Below are positions 11,501 to 22,615 of a stretch of 64,000 nucleotides of DNA, piece after piece. The notes beneath the pieces were generated by a model. It was not told the DNA's origin. It worked only from the letters and a program-made list of their open reading frames with translations, and did no database searches. How positions within the stretch are numbered: position 1 is the first letter of the stretch; each line of letters begins with the position of its first letter. The DNA is from Saprolegnia diclina VS20 (lineage: Eukaryota): positions 569,653 to 633,652 of the forward strand of contig NW_008246090.1 of NCBI RefSeq assembly GCF_000281045.1, in the 5' to 3' direction. The translations under genes and the position numbers were made by a program.

Positions 11501-12449
11501 TCAAGCCGTTCCACTCGAGCGTCTTGGATTGGCTGCAGGACGCCAAGTCGGCGGGTCCATATTTCGTCGACGCCGAGTGCGTCATCGTCCGCTCTATCGT
11601 GTTAGGATGACAGACCCTCTTTGTGTGCAGGAACGGCCACTACGCGATCGGTGTCTGGTGCTACAACGAGTACCAGCGCAGTGTCAAGACGGGTGTCGAT
11701 TTCTCCAAACTCGAGTACGACTCGAGATGACAAGTTGTCCATCCTAGTATCGATGATGATGGTATGTAGTTTTGACCTCGAGACAGCGCGGGAAACCGCG
11801 ACGCGCCGCGCACGCATCTACATTGTGCGCCACGCCCGCCAGCACCTCGAGGTATAGTTCAACGAGGCGAGCATGGCGCACACGACGATCTCGTAGCAAC
11901 TGATTGACGAGACGCATTTTTTGGCGGCCATGGACATGATGATGTTCTTCAACACGGACGACACGTTCCTTTTGGCCCAACGACTCCTTAGCATCCGCGA
12001 AATCGGTCTCCAGAGGTCCGTCCTCGTCGTCGCGACTCGTATCGGGTCACGTACCGTCGTCTAGCTTCTTCCACGGCAAGATCTCGCGCGACCAAGCCCA
12101 AGCGCTCCTCAAGCGCAACGCGCAGCCCGGCGCGTTCTTGATCCGGTACAGCTCGGCCCAGAAGGCGTACTGCGTCTCGTTTGTGCCGGCGCGCATGACG
12201 CCGGGTGTGTACCAGCACAACCTCATCTACCATCTCAACTCAGTACCTATTTCGCTCGTTGACAACACTGTAGCTCACCGAATGGGATAGGGCGCGTACT
12301 CGCTCGCACCACCGCACGAAGTACATGCGACGACCGAGATCTTCTCGGACCTCGTGAGCTTCGTCGAGGCATTCCAGCGCCGTGGTATCCTCAAGGCACC
12401 GATTCGCTGCGTTGGCACGATCAACCGGTCGATTTCCAAGTCGGCTTGA
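8577..12449 (+). CDS. NLR-like protein: Zn ribbon - TIR - TIR - STAND/NACHT-like P-loop NTPase - helical/winged-helix region - SH2
   Basis: Spliced translation. N-terminus CPCC...WICGAC. TIR1: KIFLS|YGHDHYQPLAMAIKTQ|LQERGHYVWVDHEQLTP|GCDWETDISNGL...VLLLMTPHALRRPDGYCLNEIAR|AITLRLSIFPI. TIR2: RFVFSFGEK...LVLFITPGSVGRPHGVCLNEISLAMSKGLGFVPLML...IQWLDM. Walker A GVIGSGKS (10368-10391), Walker B VLLIDGID (10811), RSEGLFLYA, FHSSVLDWL. SH2: S|FFHGKISRDQAQALLKRNAQPGAFLIRYSSAQKAYCVSF...HNLIYHLNS|GAYSL...IFSDLVSFVEAFQRRGILKAPI. Stop 12447-12449. Confidence 0.8.
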
Positions 12450-13624
12450 GGAAGGTGACGTGGCGGCCTCTCGTGCCAGATCCCGGCCGAAACGCTTCCT
12501 TTTGTAACCGCCGAGAGGGTAGTATCGTGTAGACCGTAGTAAAACGCTCATCGACTCAGTTCTGATGTTTGCGAGGAGATGGCGCCACGTCATTGAACGC
12601 CCAAGCCATACGAGCTCGAGTGTGCGATCTCTGTGCATGCGAGACTGCCCGAGCGCCCATGACCCGCCACCACGAAGCTCAAGGACTGAGTGCCCTTGCT
12701 GGGCTGCGGCTGCTACGATCAATGATGCATCGGCTTGAACTTGGACGATGCATACCACTTTGAAAGACCGAAACTACACTACAGTATGCTACCAAACCAC
12801 AACCGCGGTTGCTACAGTGTACCATGCAACTCAACGGCCACCGTCTTGACGTCCTATACTATAGCTCGCATGCCGCCAACGACGACGACGACAACGGAAA
12901 CTCGATCGCACGCTCTGCAGCAACCGCCTTTGGTTGTTGACGCGGTTAGATACGAGTATAATTTACACTACATTTCGTAGTAGCCACGGCCTACCTCTAG
13001 TACATCTACGAGACGCGAGAACAAAGACACGAGGTCACAACCGACGCAGAAAGGGCAAATGACGCGTCGCGCTGTGCGCACTGTAACACTGCGCCTGGTG
13101 GCGCTGCGGAAAGCTCCCAACAAGGAGCTCATGGTACGTAACGAGCGAGAGACGACCACGCGACCGAGTCAATATCATGTATCGTGTCCCAACGGCAAAT
13201 ATAACAATTGAACGACGAGACCAACAAAACGACTTGTGCGTCACAATGCATAGCGCGCTGTACACTGTACACCCACGTGTAACTTGTGCTCTGCCTACGG
13301 TAGCGAAGCTGATGTCGCCGCGACAAGAGTGGCATAGCGTAGCGACACCACGGTGGCGTCGTGTCTGTTGGCGGCCCCGGCGACGCCACTGACGCCGTTG
13401 CTGCTAGCCTAGCCTAGGCATCTAGTCCATGCCCTCGAACGCAGCCATGGCGCCAGCTGGGCACCTCCACGGCGCCTGGCGAGCCAGTCGGCAATCATCT
13501 GATCCCGTCGGCGCGTATCCGGATGCTTCGTATTGACCAATCGGCGGGCCGCATGGCCTGTAACTCGCTGGTTTTTATGCGCTGGGTGTGACGCCACTCC
13601 ATTCTGCTCCTTGGCACAAGCGTG

Positions 13625-15067
13625 ATGGACCCGATGCTGCTCTCGTCGGCGAAGGAGGCGCCGATTTACGTGAGCGGCCTCACGGAGCGCCGATTCTGGA
13701 AGCGCGACGATGTCGCCTGCTACGTGTGTCAGAAGTACTTCAACAAGTACCGGCGAAAGCACAACTGCCGCGTGGTAACACCGACTTTGCTGTTTGTCGT
13801 ATCCATGGCTCATGATGCGCGTCGACGAATGTAGTGCGGCGAGCTCGTCTGCGACTCGTGTACCGAGCACCAGCAGCTCGTAGTCGTGCGCGGGCGCGGC
13901 GTCACGAACACGCGCGTTTGCTATGCATGCGTCATCCTGGCGACCGACGACGACGAGACGCCGGCTGCCACCTTTGGCGCCATGAGCCCCGACCGCCCAT
14001 CGTTTGACCTGCCGTCGCGCCACCACACGGCGTCGTCGCCAGCGCTTCGGGACAGGGCCCCACCGCCGCCGCTCGCGTCCTCGACGGTCTCGTCGTCGGG
14101 CGCCCCGCCGCCCGAGTGGGGTTACCCGTGGCCGTCCCCGCCCACCGTACCGGACGAAGCGCAGCGGCTACGCGAGCTGTACAAGCTCAACATTCTCGAC
14201 TCGCCGCCCGATGACACGTGCGACATCATGTGCGAGACAGCAGCCCAAGCGCTCGAGACGTCGGTCGCTGCGATTAGCTTTATCGACGCCGACCGGCAGT
14301 GGTTCAAAGCGCGCCTTGGGCTCCTCCAAACGTTCATTGCGCGCCACGTGAGTCTCTGTGCGCCATTGCTCGTCACCAAGACGTCGGTCGCGATCCCCGA
14401 TTTGCAGTTTGATGCGCATTTTCAGCACAACCCGCTCGTGACCGGGGCGGCAGCGATCCGCTTCTACGCCGCCGCGCCCGTCCTCGTCAAAGGCCACGTG
14501 GTGGGCACAGTCTTTGTGTTTGACCAGTACCCGCGGTCGCCCGGGGCGTGCGACCGGGCGCGCGAGACCCTCGAAAACGTCGCGACGTCGGTCGAACTGT
14601 ACCTTGAAGATTGTCAACTCTCGATGGAACAGAGCCGCCCGACCGACCGGCGGCGGTCTGTCACCTTTGGCCCGTCCCCGACATTGGAGCAGCGTCCGTC
14701 GACGGCCATGCTCGAAGACAACGCGAGCGACGATGGCATTCACATGCGTGCACCGTCGACGACGATCCTCGAGTCGGACACGTCACCGCACCGGCCGCGG
14801 CGTGCCGACCGGACCTTCGACTCGATCGATACGACGGCGCTCGCTGACATGAGCGAAGGCACGTCGTTTCCAACGACCGACGTCTTGCCGCAGCTCCGTC
14901 TCGACGACGATAACGACGAAGAGGAAAAGCAGAGCGACGAGGTCCAGACCGAGTCACGCCGGGGCGTCCTGGAAGCGCTCGAGAGCGGCGAAGTGTCATT
15001 GCGGCTTCTCGATCTGCTCACAATTAGCGCGCGCACGCAGCAGCAAGTGGCCACCATGGCGCCGTAG
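13625..15067 (+). CDS. FYVE zinc finger + GAF domain protein (array copy 1)
   Basis: WKRDDVACYVCQKYFNKYRRKHNCRV|CGELVCDSC...RVCYAC (intron 13775-13834). GAF: WPSPPTVPDEAQRLRELYKLNILD...DRQWFKARLGL...NPLVTGAAAIRFYAAAPV...GTVFVFDQYPR. Confidence 0.9.
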
Positions 15068-15506
15068 CCCACGTCCTATTTATTACCGTTAGTCCAAGCT
15101 CTTGATGTTGTGGTGCACACCGTGTTGCAACAACGTAGCAGGTAGTAGGTGTTTAGGAAGCAGACGTCAAAGGACTCGGACTGCGGTCGAGTGGCCACAC
15201 TGCGGCCAACAAAGCATCTACTAGTATCTACTAAGCTTAGTACGGAACGATACAACGAGACTCTACCACCGAGTACCATCGGACGGCGCTGCCTCCCCAC
15301 GGCACCTCCTCTCGCTTGATGACGATGCGTCGGCGCTGCAGCCCTGCACTAACGTTAATAAGCTGTCTGGCCTGCAGCCAAAGCTTCGAGCGACTTGTCG
15401 TCGTCGTCGTCGTCGTTGCCTACACTGTACAACAGCCGCGGACGCACCATCTGTCTGGGCTGGAAAACGCTGGGAAATGCAAAGTGAGATTCTTGCATTT
15501 CCAAGC

Positions 15507-16456
15507 ATGGTGCCGGCAACGCAAGGAAAGAAGCCGCCGCTCCTCGTGCACGCGTCACGTATTCACCACGACTGGATGCGCCATGCGTCCGAGTGCATCA
15601 TCTGCAGCAAGCCCTTCTCGCTCCTTCGGCGGCGTCACCACTGCCATATCGTACGCGCCGTTCTTTCTTGTCCGGTCACTCGCATTCTCTGTAGTGCGGT
15701 GGCATTGTCTGCCGAAGCTGCAGCGAGCACGAGACGCTCATCGTCCTGCCCGTCATGCAGGTGCTGCACAGCGTGCGCGTCTGCGTCGTGTGCCTCGACC
15801 AGTGTGACACGAACGGCGCGCCGGGCGAGTACGTGCCACGGCACAAGCCCGAGGCAGCGTGGAGCAATGCGTGGCCCGAGCCGCCGACGCCGCCCGACGA
15901 GCCCGCGCGTCTGCAATTCCTTGATCAGATTGCGCAGCATTTTAGTGCGTGGCATGAGTTTGACCGTGTCTGCGAGATGACGTCGTCGCTGCTCAAGACG
16001 CCGGTGATGGCCATTAGCATCATTGATGCAACGCACCAGCACTTTGCCGCGCGCATGGGGCTTGTCCAAGCCGACATTTCCCGCCACGTGAGTCTCTGCG
16101 CCCACGTTCTGTGCTCAAAGGCACCGACTGCCGTCCCCGATTTGACACAAAGTGCGCTCTATCGACGAAATCCCATGGTCGCCGGTCCCGCCAACGTTCG
16201 GTTCTACGCGTCCGTGCCGCTTTTGTCACCGCCCAATGCCCTTGTCCTTGGGACCGTCTTTGTCATGGACACGACGCCGCGGACTTTGTCAGAGTGCGAG
16301 GAGGCGCTGCGGCTGCTCGCCCAAGTGGCGCACGCTGTCATGCTGCGGATCGAGAGCGATGAGGTCGCGACCGCCGGGCGACTCCAAGCGATCGAGGACA
16401 TGATGACGCGGACGCGCCAACAAGTCGACCACATGACCACGATGAGCCAGCGTTAG
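15507..16456 (+). CDS. FYVE zinc finger + GAF domain protein (array copy 2, compact)
   Basis: ECIICSKPFSLLRRRHHCHI|CGGIVCRSC...RVCVVC (intron 15651-15694). GAF: WPEPPTPPDEPARL...NPMVAGPANVRFYASVPL...GTVFVMDTTPR. Confidence 0.9.
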
Positions 16457-17545
16457 CATCTCGCGCTAATACCACTAGTATCGTCCGACGAGATGATGTA
16501 TCGCCTTCGTGCATGCGCTGACGTTAATGCATGCGTTGCATACTTGGAGGCGGTGCTGGTCACCGGGTAAATGCACCCATGCTGTGGGCGCAAGGTCCTG
16601 AGCTTGCGGCGACGTTCCGACGTGCAATGGCCGAACGCATCACGTAGCTGCGATGGTTGCTGGCCTGCTGCGATGGCGGCACCTTGGTGTTGTTGCTTTG
16701 CATGCGTTGCTCACGCCGCCGACTGGCACTTGGATGGATCGCAGCCACTGCATTTGAACCGTGCGGCTCCCTCAACAATGGAGCCGGTCCTTGCGAATCG
16801 GTGGTCGTTCTCGTTCTGCTGGCACCACCACCTCGTAACCACCACCTTTGACGTCGCTGAACTTTCCCAGTATCATTCTCTCGGATGTCGATGACGACGC
16901 GGCGTGATGTACAATGCGCCACGGTGTCGTGTCCAAAGCTACCCAACACCGAGTATTGTGAGTGCTTACGCATCCACTGTCGTATCGTCGTCGTCGTCTG
17001 TCCTATCTCGACGACGCGCTCGTTCGATCGAATACTTCAGGAGCGATCACGGCATCGCATTATTGCATTTCACCATGTGCCAAGCCCTCGCCGAGTACTG
17101 GAAGGGTACTCTGAGCATATACGCTTCTGGCGAGTGGCGACAGCGCGCTGACTGAACCTTCTGCAAGGCAAAAGCTGTCGCCAGGGCTTCTTCTCGGGTA
17201 CTTTGCTGCGCAACAACCCATTTTTCCGACCCCATGGTGCTGTCGCAACAGCCTTCAAGAATCCTGCTTGGGTGTGTTGCAAAAACCCAGCATCGCGCTC
17301 GTTTCTATGGGGCCGCCACGCGGATCTAACAGTTAGACTGTCGACCGAACGGCAACCTCGGTGTCGCATGGCGTTATAATTTGGTTATAACCATTGGAAA
17401 GGGCCATCTGGGTGATGGGTCGCGAACTGGCGCGTGGGCTTGTGGTCGCGACACCAGCGGATTTATACCCGCCACCAAGCGCGTGGCAGGTGACGGCTTG
17501 TCATTCACTTACTTGCCGCGTTCCGCGCACTAGCGTATTTATTCC

Positions 17546-19125
17546 ATGCCGCTCAAGACTGGCCACCCGATCTTTGTGGAGCAGCTCCGGCCCCAGTACA
17601 CGTGGGTGCCCAACGCGACGCGCAGTGTCTGCTACCTCTGCAAGCGCCGCTTTGGCCTCTTTCGCCACAAGAAGAACTGCCGTGTCGTACGTCATGACGC
17701 GTTATAACTTGTGTGCTCATCGTTTCGCTCTAGTGTGGTGAAGTTGTCTGCAGCAGCTGCACACAAAAGAAGCAGTCGGTCATTCTGGACGTGACGGGCT
17801 TTACCAAAACCCGCGTCTGCTTTGCGTGCATCGTGGCGTGCACGCTGCCACCGGCCGGCTCGAGCATCGCCGACCGCCACCAAGTGCACCCGATGGACAC
17901 TAACCAACACGACTGTGTCCCGCGCGGGTCGCTCATCCGGACGTCGTCGCACGGGAAGCACCGCCAGTTGCACCACGCGCTTGTCCCGCACCCGGCGCAC
18001 GGCCCGACGATCCGCGCCGAGAACGGAGCGATTTTGCGCCAGAGCTACATCCACTTGACGCCAAAAGCGTGGGATTACGAGCATTTTGGCAACAACTTTG
18101 TCGATACGGCGCGCAAAACCGAGACGCGACCGACCTCGATCCGGTACTCGGACATTCTCGGGAAGGGCAAGGGCCCGATCAAGCTCCTCGAGAGCGAGAA
18201 GGGGTCGCCGACCTCGGACGAGACGCGCAACACGCTCGTGCTGCAGCCGGCGCTGCCGCAGCCGCTGCTCGTGGCCGACACCAAGGCGACTGGGAGCTCG
18301 CCGCCGACCACGCCGCACTCGATGGTGCTCCACCTCCAGCACGACATGACGTACGGGTACCCGCTGGATTTTGACTGGGATTTCGCGTGGCCCAAGCCGC
18401 CGACGGTCGCGTTTGAGAAGCAGCGCCTCGACGAGCTCTTCAACTTTGACATTCTTGATGGCAAGCAAGAAGATGTGCTCGACATCATTTGCGACCTCGC
18501 CGCGCAGCGTCTCGAGGCGCCGTTGGCGGCCGTGAGCTTTATCGACCACGACCACCAATACTTCAAGGCCTCGACCGGCTGGCGCATTGCCGACGTGCCG
18601 CGCAACCAAGCGTTCTGCGCCCACGTGCTCCGCATCAAGGCGCCGTTGGCGGTCAACGACACGCGCCTCGACGCGCGCTTTGACCAGAACCCGCTCGTGA
18701 CGGGGCCCCACGCCGTGCGCTCGTACCTCTCGGCGCCGATTCTGTCGCCGGTCTCGCACCTCGTGCTCGGCACGGTCTTTATCATGGACACGAAAGCGCG
18801 GACGTTCTCGAGTGCGCAGATCGACACGATCGAGCGCTTGGCGGTCGCGGCCGCAAGCCACATTGACTCGCACAAGTACCACAGCAAGATGACGACGGTG
18901 GCGGCACCCGTGGTGGGCGCCACCGACAAGCCGACGGTCGCCGAGGCCAAAGCGGCGGCTACGATCGAAGTACCGACCGAGACAGCGACGACGGCAGCCA
19001 AGGACAAGGGCATGGCGGTGATGCTCCAAGGTCTCTTGCAAAAGACGACGCAGACGCAGCAAGAAGTCGCGACCCGCGGCAGCGCCATGTCGCACACGTC
19101 GTCGGAAGCCTTTGAAGTCGACTAA
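17546..19125 (+). CDS. FYVE zinc finger + GAF domain protein (array copy 3)
   Basis: WVPNATRSVCYLCKRRFGLFRHKKNCRV|CGEVVCSSC...RVCFAC (intron 17687-17733). YPLDFDWDFAWPKPP precedes the GAF domain; C-terminal MLQGLLQKTTQTQQEVA tail. Confidence 0.9.
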
Positions 19126-19610
19126 ATACAGGCACCTCATAGGGTTAGGGTAGAAGACACCAAGGATCGTTCGGTTCTTATATTGTACAAATAGACAACT
19201 ATATATACTAGCACATGTTGTGGAATAGTAGATTCGCCTCTAGCAGATAGATATATGGTCCGACCTTGAGCGACATACTTGCGTCGGTGCATGCGACAGA
19301 GCGATGCCCGCCATGAGGCGCAAGGACTAGGCGAGAGGTGCGCTCGAGAGGTCCGGAGAGGACAGGGCGATACGCAGAAAAGGTGACCTTGCTATGCTTT
19401 TGCGGACCAAGTCTGGACAACACCTTGAAGGAACCCATCGCGGGCCATAGCTTGATACAAGAACTTATGCAGTATTTAAATATATATTAACGTGTTTCGC
19501 GTTATCTTCATAATCACACAAAGGCTTCGCATACTAGCAATCTCCTTGCAGCCTTTATGAACCGGAACTTGCAGGGACACGTGGCAAAATCGTTCATGTC
19601 CTCTCGCTCG

Positions 19611-19960
19611 TCACTCGAGCGCATTTAGCGTGGCTTCCATACGTCGAACGGCTTCGGCGAGCTTCGCAATCTGCAAATTGTCGTGTTCTACGATTGGGAC
19701 GACCGTGAGTCGGAGGGGACTTTCGATCGGGCGGTTGAGAAGGTCCTGGAGCAGCGCGTCCATCGTGCCCTCCTTGGTGGTATGGGTTCGATCCTTGGGG
19801 GCGGCCATTAGATCCTCGGTACGCTTGGTGCCCCCGCGTGTAGTCTTGCAAATCGACAGTGGGGTTGTGTCCTTTGTATTGACGTCGCTCCTCGTTTCCA
19901 TCTCGCAGGTACGTGGCGACTTGACAACTATGCAAGCGACCCAAGGTTATTCTTGGTGAT
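19611..19960 (-). pseudogene. Relic (or micro-ORF) of a FYVE-GAF gene: C-terminal coiled-coil tail only
   Basis: MDALLQDLLNR...QIAKLAEAVRRMEATL matches the tail of 29272-30607 (LETMLMDLLCR...QIDKLADAVKRMEAKL). Upstream frames are broken by stops and show only faint GAF-end similarity (IVVKSPRTCEMET). Confidence 0.55.
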
Positions 19961-20820
19961 TACCAAAAGTTGAGACATGTGTGTGCAAAGTAGCTTCGTT
20001 TTGATCGGCTAAATTATGGGAAGAAACGTAGTCGAATGGGCTAAACCTCGTAGCGAGCGATCGCATCATTCCTTGACGCGTGCAACTCGATAGAAGCACG
20101 TTTCTAGACACGCGATTTCACATGACGGGGCAACATGGGAGCTCAACACGGGGAGACTGTTGTTGCTGCCGTCCATGACGAGTGCATCCGAGTCGAAAGG
20201 CGAACATACCTGCATCGACGACTGCGGACTTGAGAACTTGACATTGCCAGGAAGATCCTGTTCAGGCCGTGGTTTACCAAAGCTCCCACTGTGAGTTGTC
20301 TTTACTACATGGTCGAGCGACAGGAAGAAGATCGAAACTGCGTGTCTGTTGCACCCAAATCTTGTCCATGAACTCGTTGTTGCTGTTTTTTCTTCCTACC
20401 TCGCTTACCACCGGCGTGCATCGTAGCGAGCGTCAACAGACTGCGTAGCTCGTTAGTGTCGAGCGCGACGACTGGAATGATCCATGGACAGAGTACCCTT
20501 GTGTTGCTGGGGAAGAAACATGTCGTGCTCTGTCTGATATCATCCCACAAAGGAATCAGCAAACACCATTTTGAAGGAATGTTGCTCGTTGGTGCTGGGG
20601 CAAAGTCCAAAACCGCTGAGCTCACTCAGATGGCCCCGAAGTTTAGCCTATCAAATGACGATTTTCCGTGATTGACTTCCTTCTGGCCAATCAGAGTGAG
20701 CTCAGCGGTTTGGGGCCGAGAAACTGAGTAGGTTTGGAATTTTGTGCGGCTCGTTCAGGATGGAAATGGCCATCGCTCTCAACACTTGAATTTCAAAAAT
20801 CCACCGCCGACGACACGACC

Positions 20821-21631
20821 ATGCCAGAGACCAGTTCCCACCACCGCAGTGGGGCGACCACTGGTCGCGAGCAACGATCGATTCGTGCAGACTTGGTCGT
20901 GGCACCACGCGCGTTCAGCACCGACTGCGCACGCTGCTGTCGCCCATTTCACTCCGCCGGCGCAGCCCACGCGTGTGCGACGGTACCGTCAGCCTTTCCT
21001 TGTTTCAATGAGCGCGTGTTTATGGCTGCGGTTAGTGCGGCGACCACTACTGCGCCGACTGCTTGCGGAAGCACGCCGCACTGAGCCCTGACGGCGCCTT
21101 ATCCTACGACGTGCGCATCTGCTCGACGTGCGCCTCGATTGCGATTGCAGACCGCGGCAGCTACGACCAGTGCAAGGTGCTGCAGCCGCAGATCCGTGCG
21201 CTCTTTCACGCCCCCGACTTTCCGTCGAATACAACGTCGTTGGACTGCAACAGCGTCTTGTACATAGCACTCGACCTCGACACAAAAGGCATTCTCTGCG
21301 AGACCGGCCTCGCGACAGAGGACGCGTTGGTGTCCCTCTACGAACGCAACTTGTGTGGGTCGTGCGGCAGCTGGGGCCGCTTTCTGCTGCCAAAGCGCCA
21401 CTGCGCTATGGTACGTTGGGTGTTGTTAGCTCCATGCGTGTGACGCTGACATTCTGGTAGTGTGGGGACGTGTTTTGTGCGCGGTGTCTGCTCTCCAAGC
21501 TCGCAGCGACGTCGCCGACACTGAGCATGGTACATGTCGTCCCCCAGTGCTTCAAGTGCAACGCCAAGCAAAGCTTTGGGCCCAACCCATGGCTTCAAGC
21601 CGCTGACTCCTCTCGTATCGCCGATCCCTAG
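20821..21631 (+). CDS. Double FYVE-like zinc finger protein without GAF
   Basis: MPETSS...DCARCCRPFHSAGAAHACAT|CGDHYCADC...RICSTC...LFHAPDFPSNT...LCGSCGSWGRFLLPKRHCAM|CGDVFCARC...PQCFKCNAKQSFGPNPWL...*. Confidence 0.75.
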
Positions 21632-21831
21632 TATGGTCCAAAGGTCGATAACCCGTTTGTGAAAATCGCAGCTCCAACAACGCTCATTCGAATATCTCGA
21701 CTCTGTATTGTGTTTTGCCGTTGGATCCAACCCGACCCCCTGGGCAGTGAAACTGACTTTATTCACAGTCATGTAAGTTCCACATCACCGAATACATTCT
21801 CTGCCAGATCACACTTGGGTCAAAAATCATT

Positions 21832-22155
21832 TTGACCGATCGAACGTGCACAGTGATCAAGTTGCTGCACGAGGAAATGGACACCAAGCGCGACGCAAAC
21901 ACCGAGAGCGCACTACGTCCGTCGACTCCCGAGGCAGCGATGGAGCCGAGCCCTGTTCGTCCACAAGCGCCGGACCCGGGGGCGATGCTCATGGACTTTA
22001 GTATTCGCATCCAACAAGTTCATGGCCCCATGACAGCGGACATGTTCCAAGCGCTCCAAAACCATGCTGAACAAATGGATAAGCTTGCGGAAATCGTCCG
22101 GCGCATGGAGGACAAGCTGAATACTGTCGCGCACGAGGGTGCAGAGAGGCAGTAA
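21832..22155 (+). pseudogene. Orphan C-terminal coiled-coil tail of the FYVE-GAF family (relic or small ORF)
   Basis: GAMLMDFSIRIQQ...MFQALQNHAEQMDKLAEIVRRMEDKL resembles TMLMDLLCR...MFQTLGQHTAQIDKLADAVKRMEAKL of 29272-30607. Confidence 0.55.
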
Positions 22156-22615
22156 AAGCTTCCTCTAATGTCATTTACTGCGATAGCACCGTCAACGTTA
22201 TTGGGTTCGGCCGATTTAGCGTCAATGTTTTGCAGAGAGCTCGGTGATTCGAGCTGCTTGTCGTTCAAAGGGAGGGGTGTCGCTCGTGTGGAATGTGTTT
22301 TGCGCGCACTGCTTGCTGGCCAAGCCATGGCAACACTCTCGACGCCTGGCACGGCGTGTGCTGTCTCTGCGGACTCCAAATCTTAGCAGACGCAGTGGTT
22401 AAAGCCTTCCCATGGCTTTCCGGTACCTCCAGCGATCGGACCCTACGCCTGACGCACAATACATCCGTTTTCACGGGAGCACTTGCGAAAAGCACAGTAT
22501 ATACACTTCGGTTTTAGCTCGTATCGGCGCTAGGTTGAGCCGGTCCACAACCTCGTCGACGTAAATGTACTCGCGTCTCGACATACGACGACTCGTTTCA
22601 AGCGCATCACTTGGG

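Noticed and set aside
16460..17540. Short ORFs and a small hairpin (ggcgacagc...gctgtcgcc, ~17136-17183) between FYVE-GAF copies
   Set aside because: No family similarity; a single 9-bp stem is expected by chance in GC-rich DNA.
17692..19140. Long antisense or alternate-frame ORFs (e.g. 17692-19140 -, 42871-43881 -, 49575-50537 -, 50733-52115 +, 792-1748 +)
   Set aside because: Shadows of real GC3-rich genes on the opposite strand; the translations are Arg/Ala-rich with no motifs.
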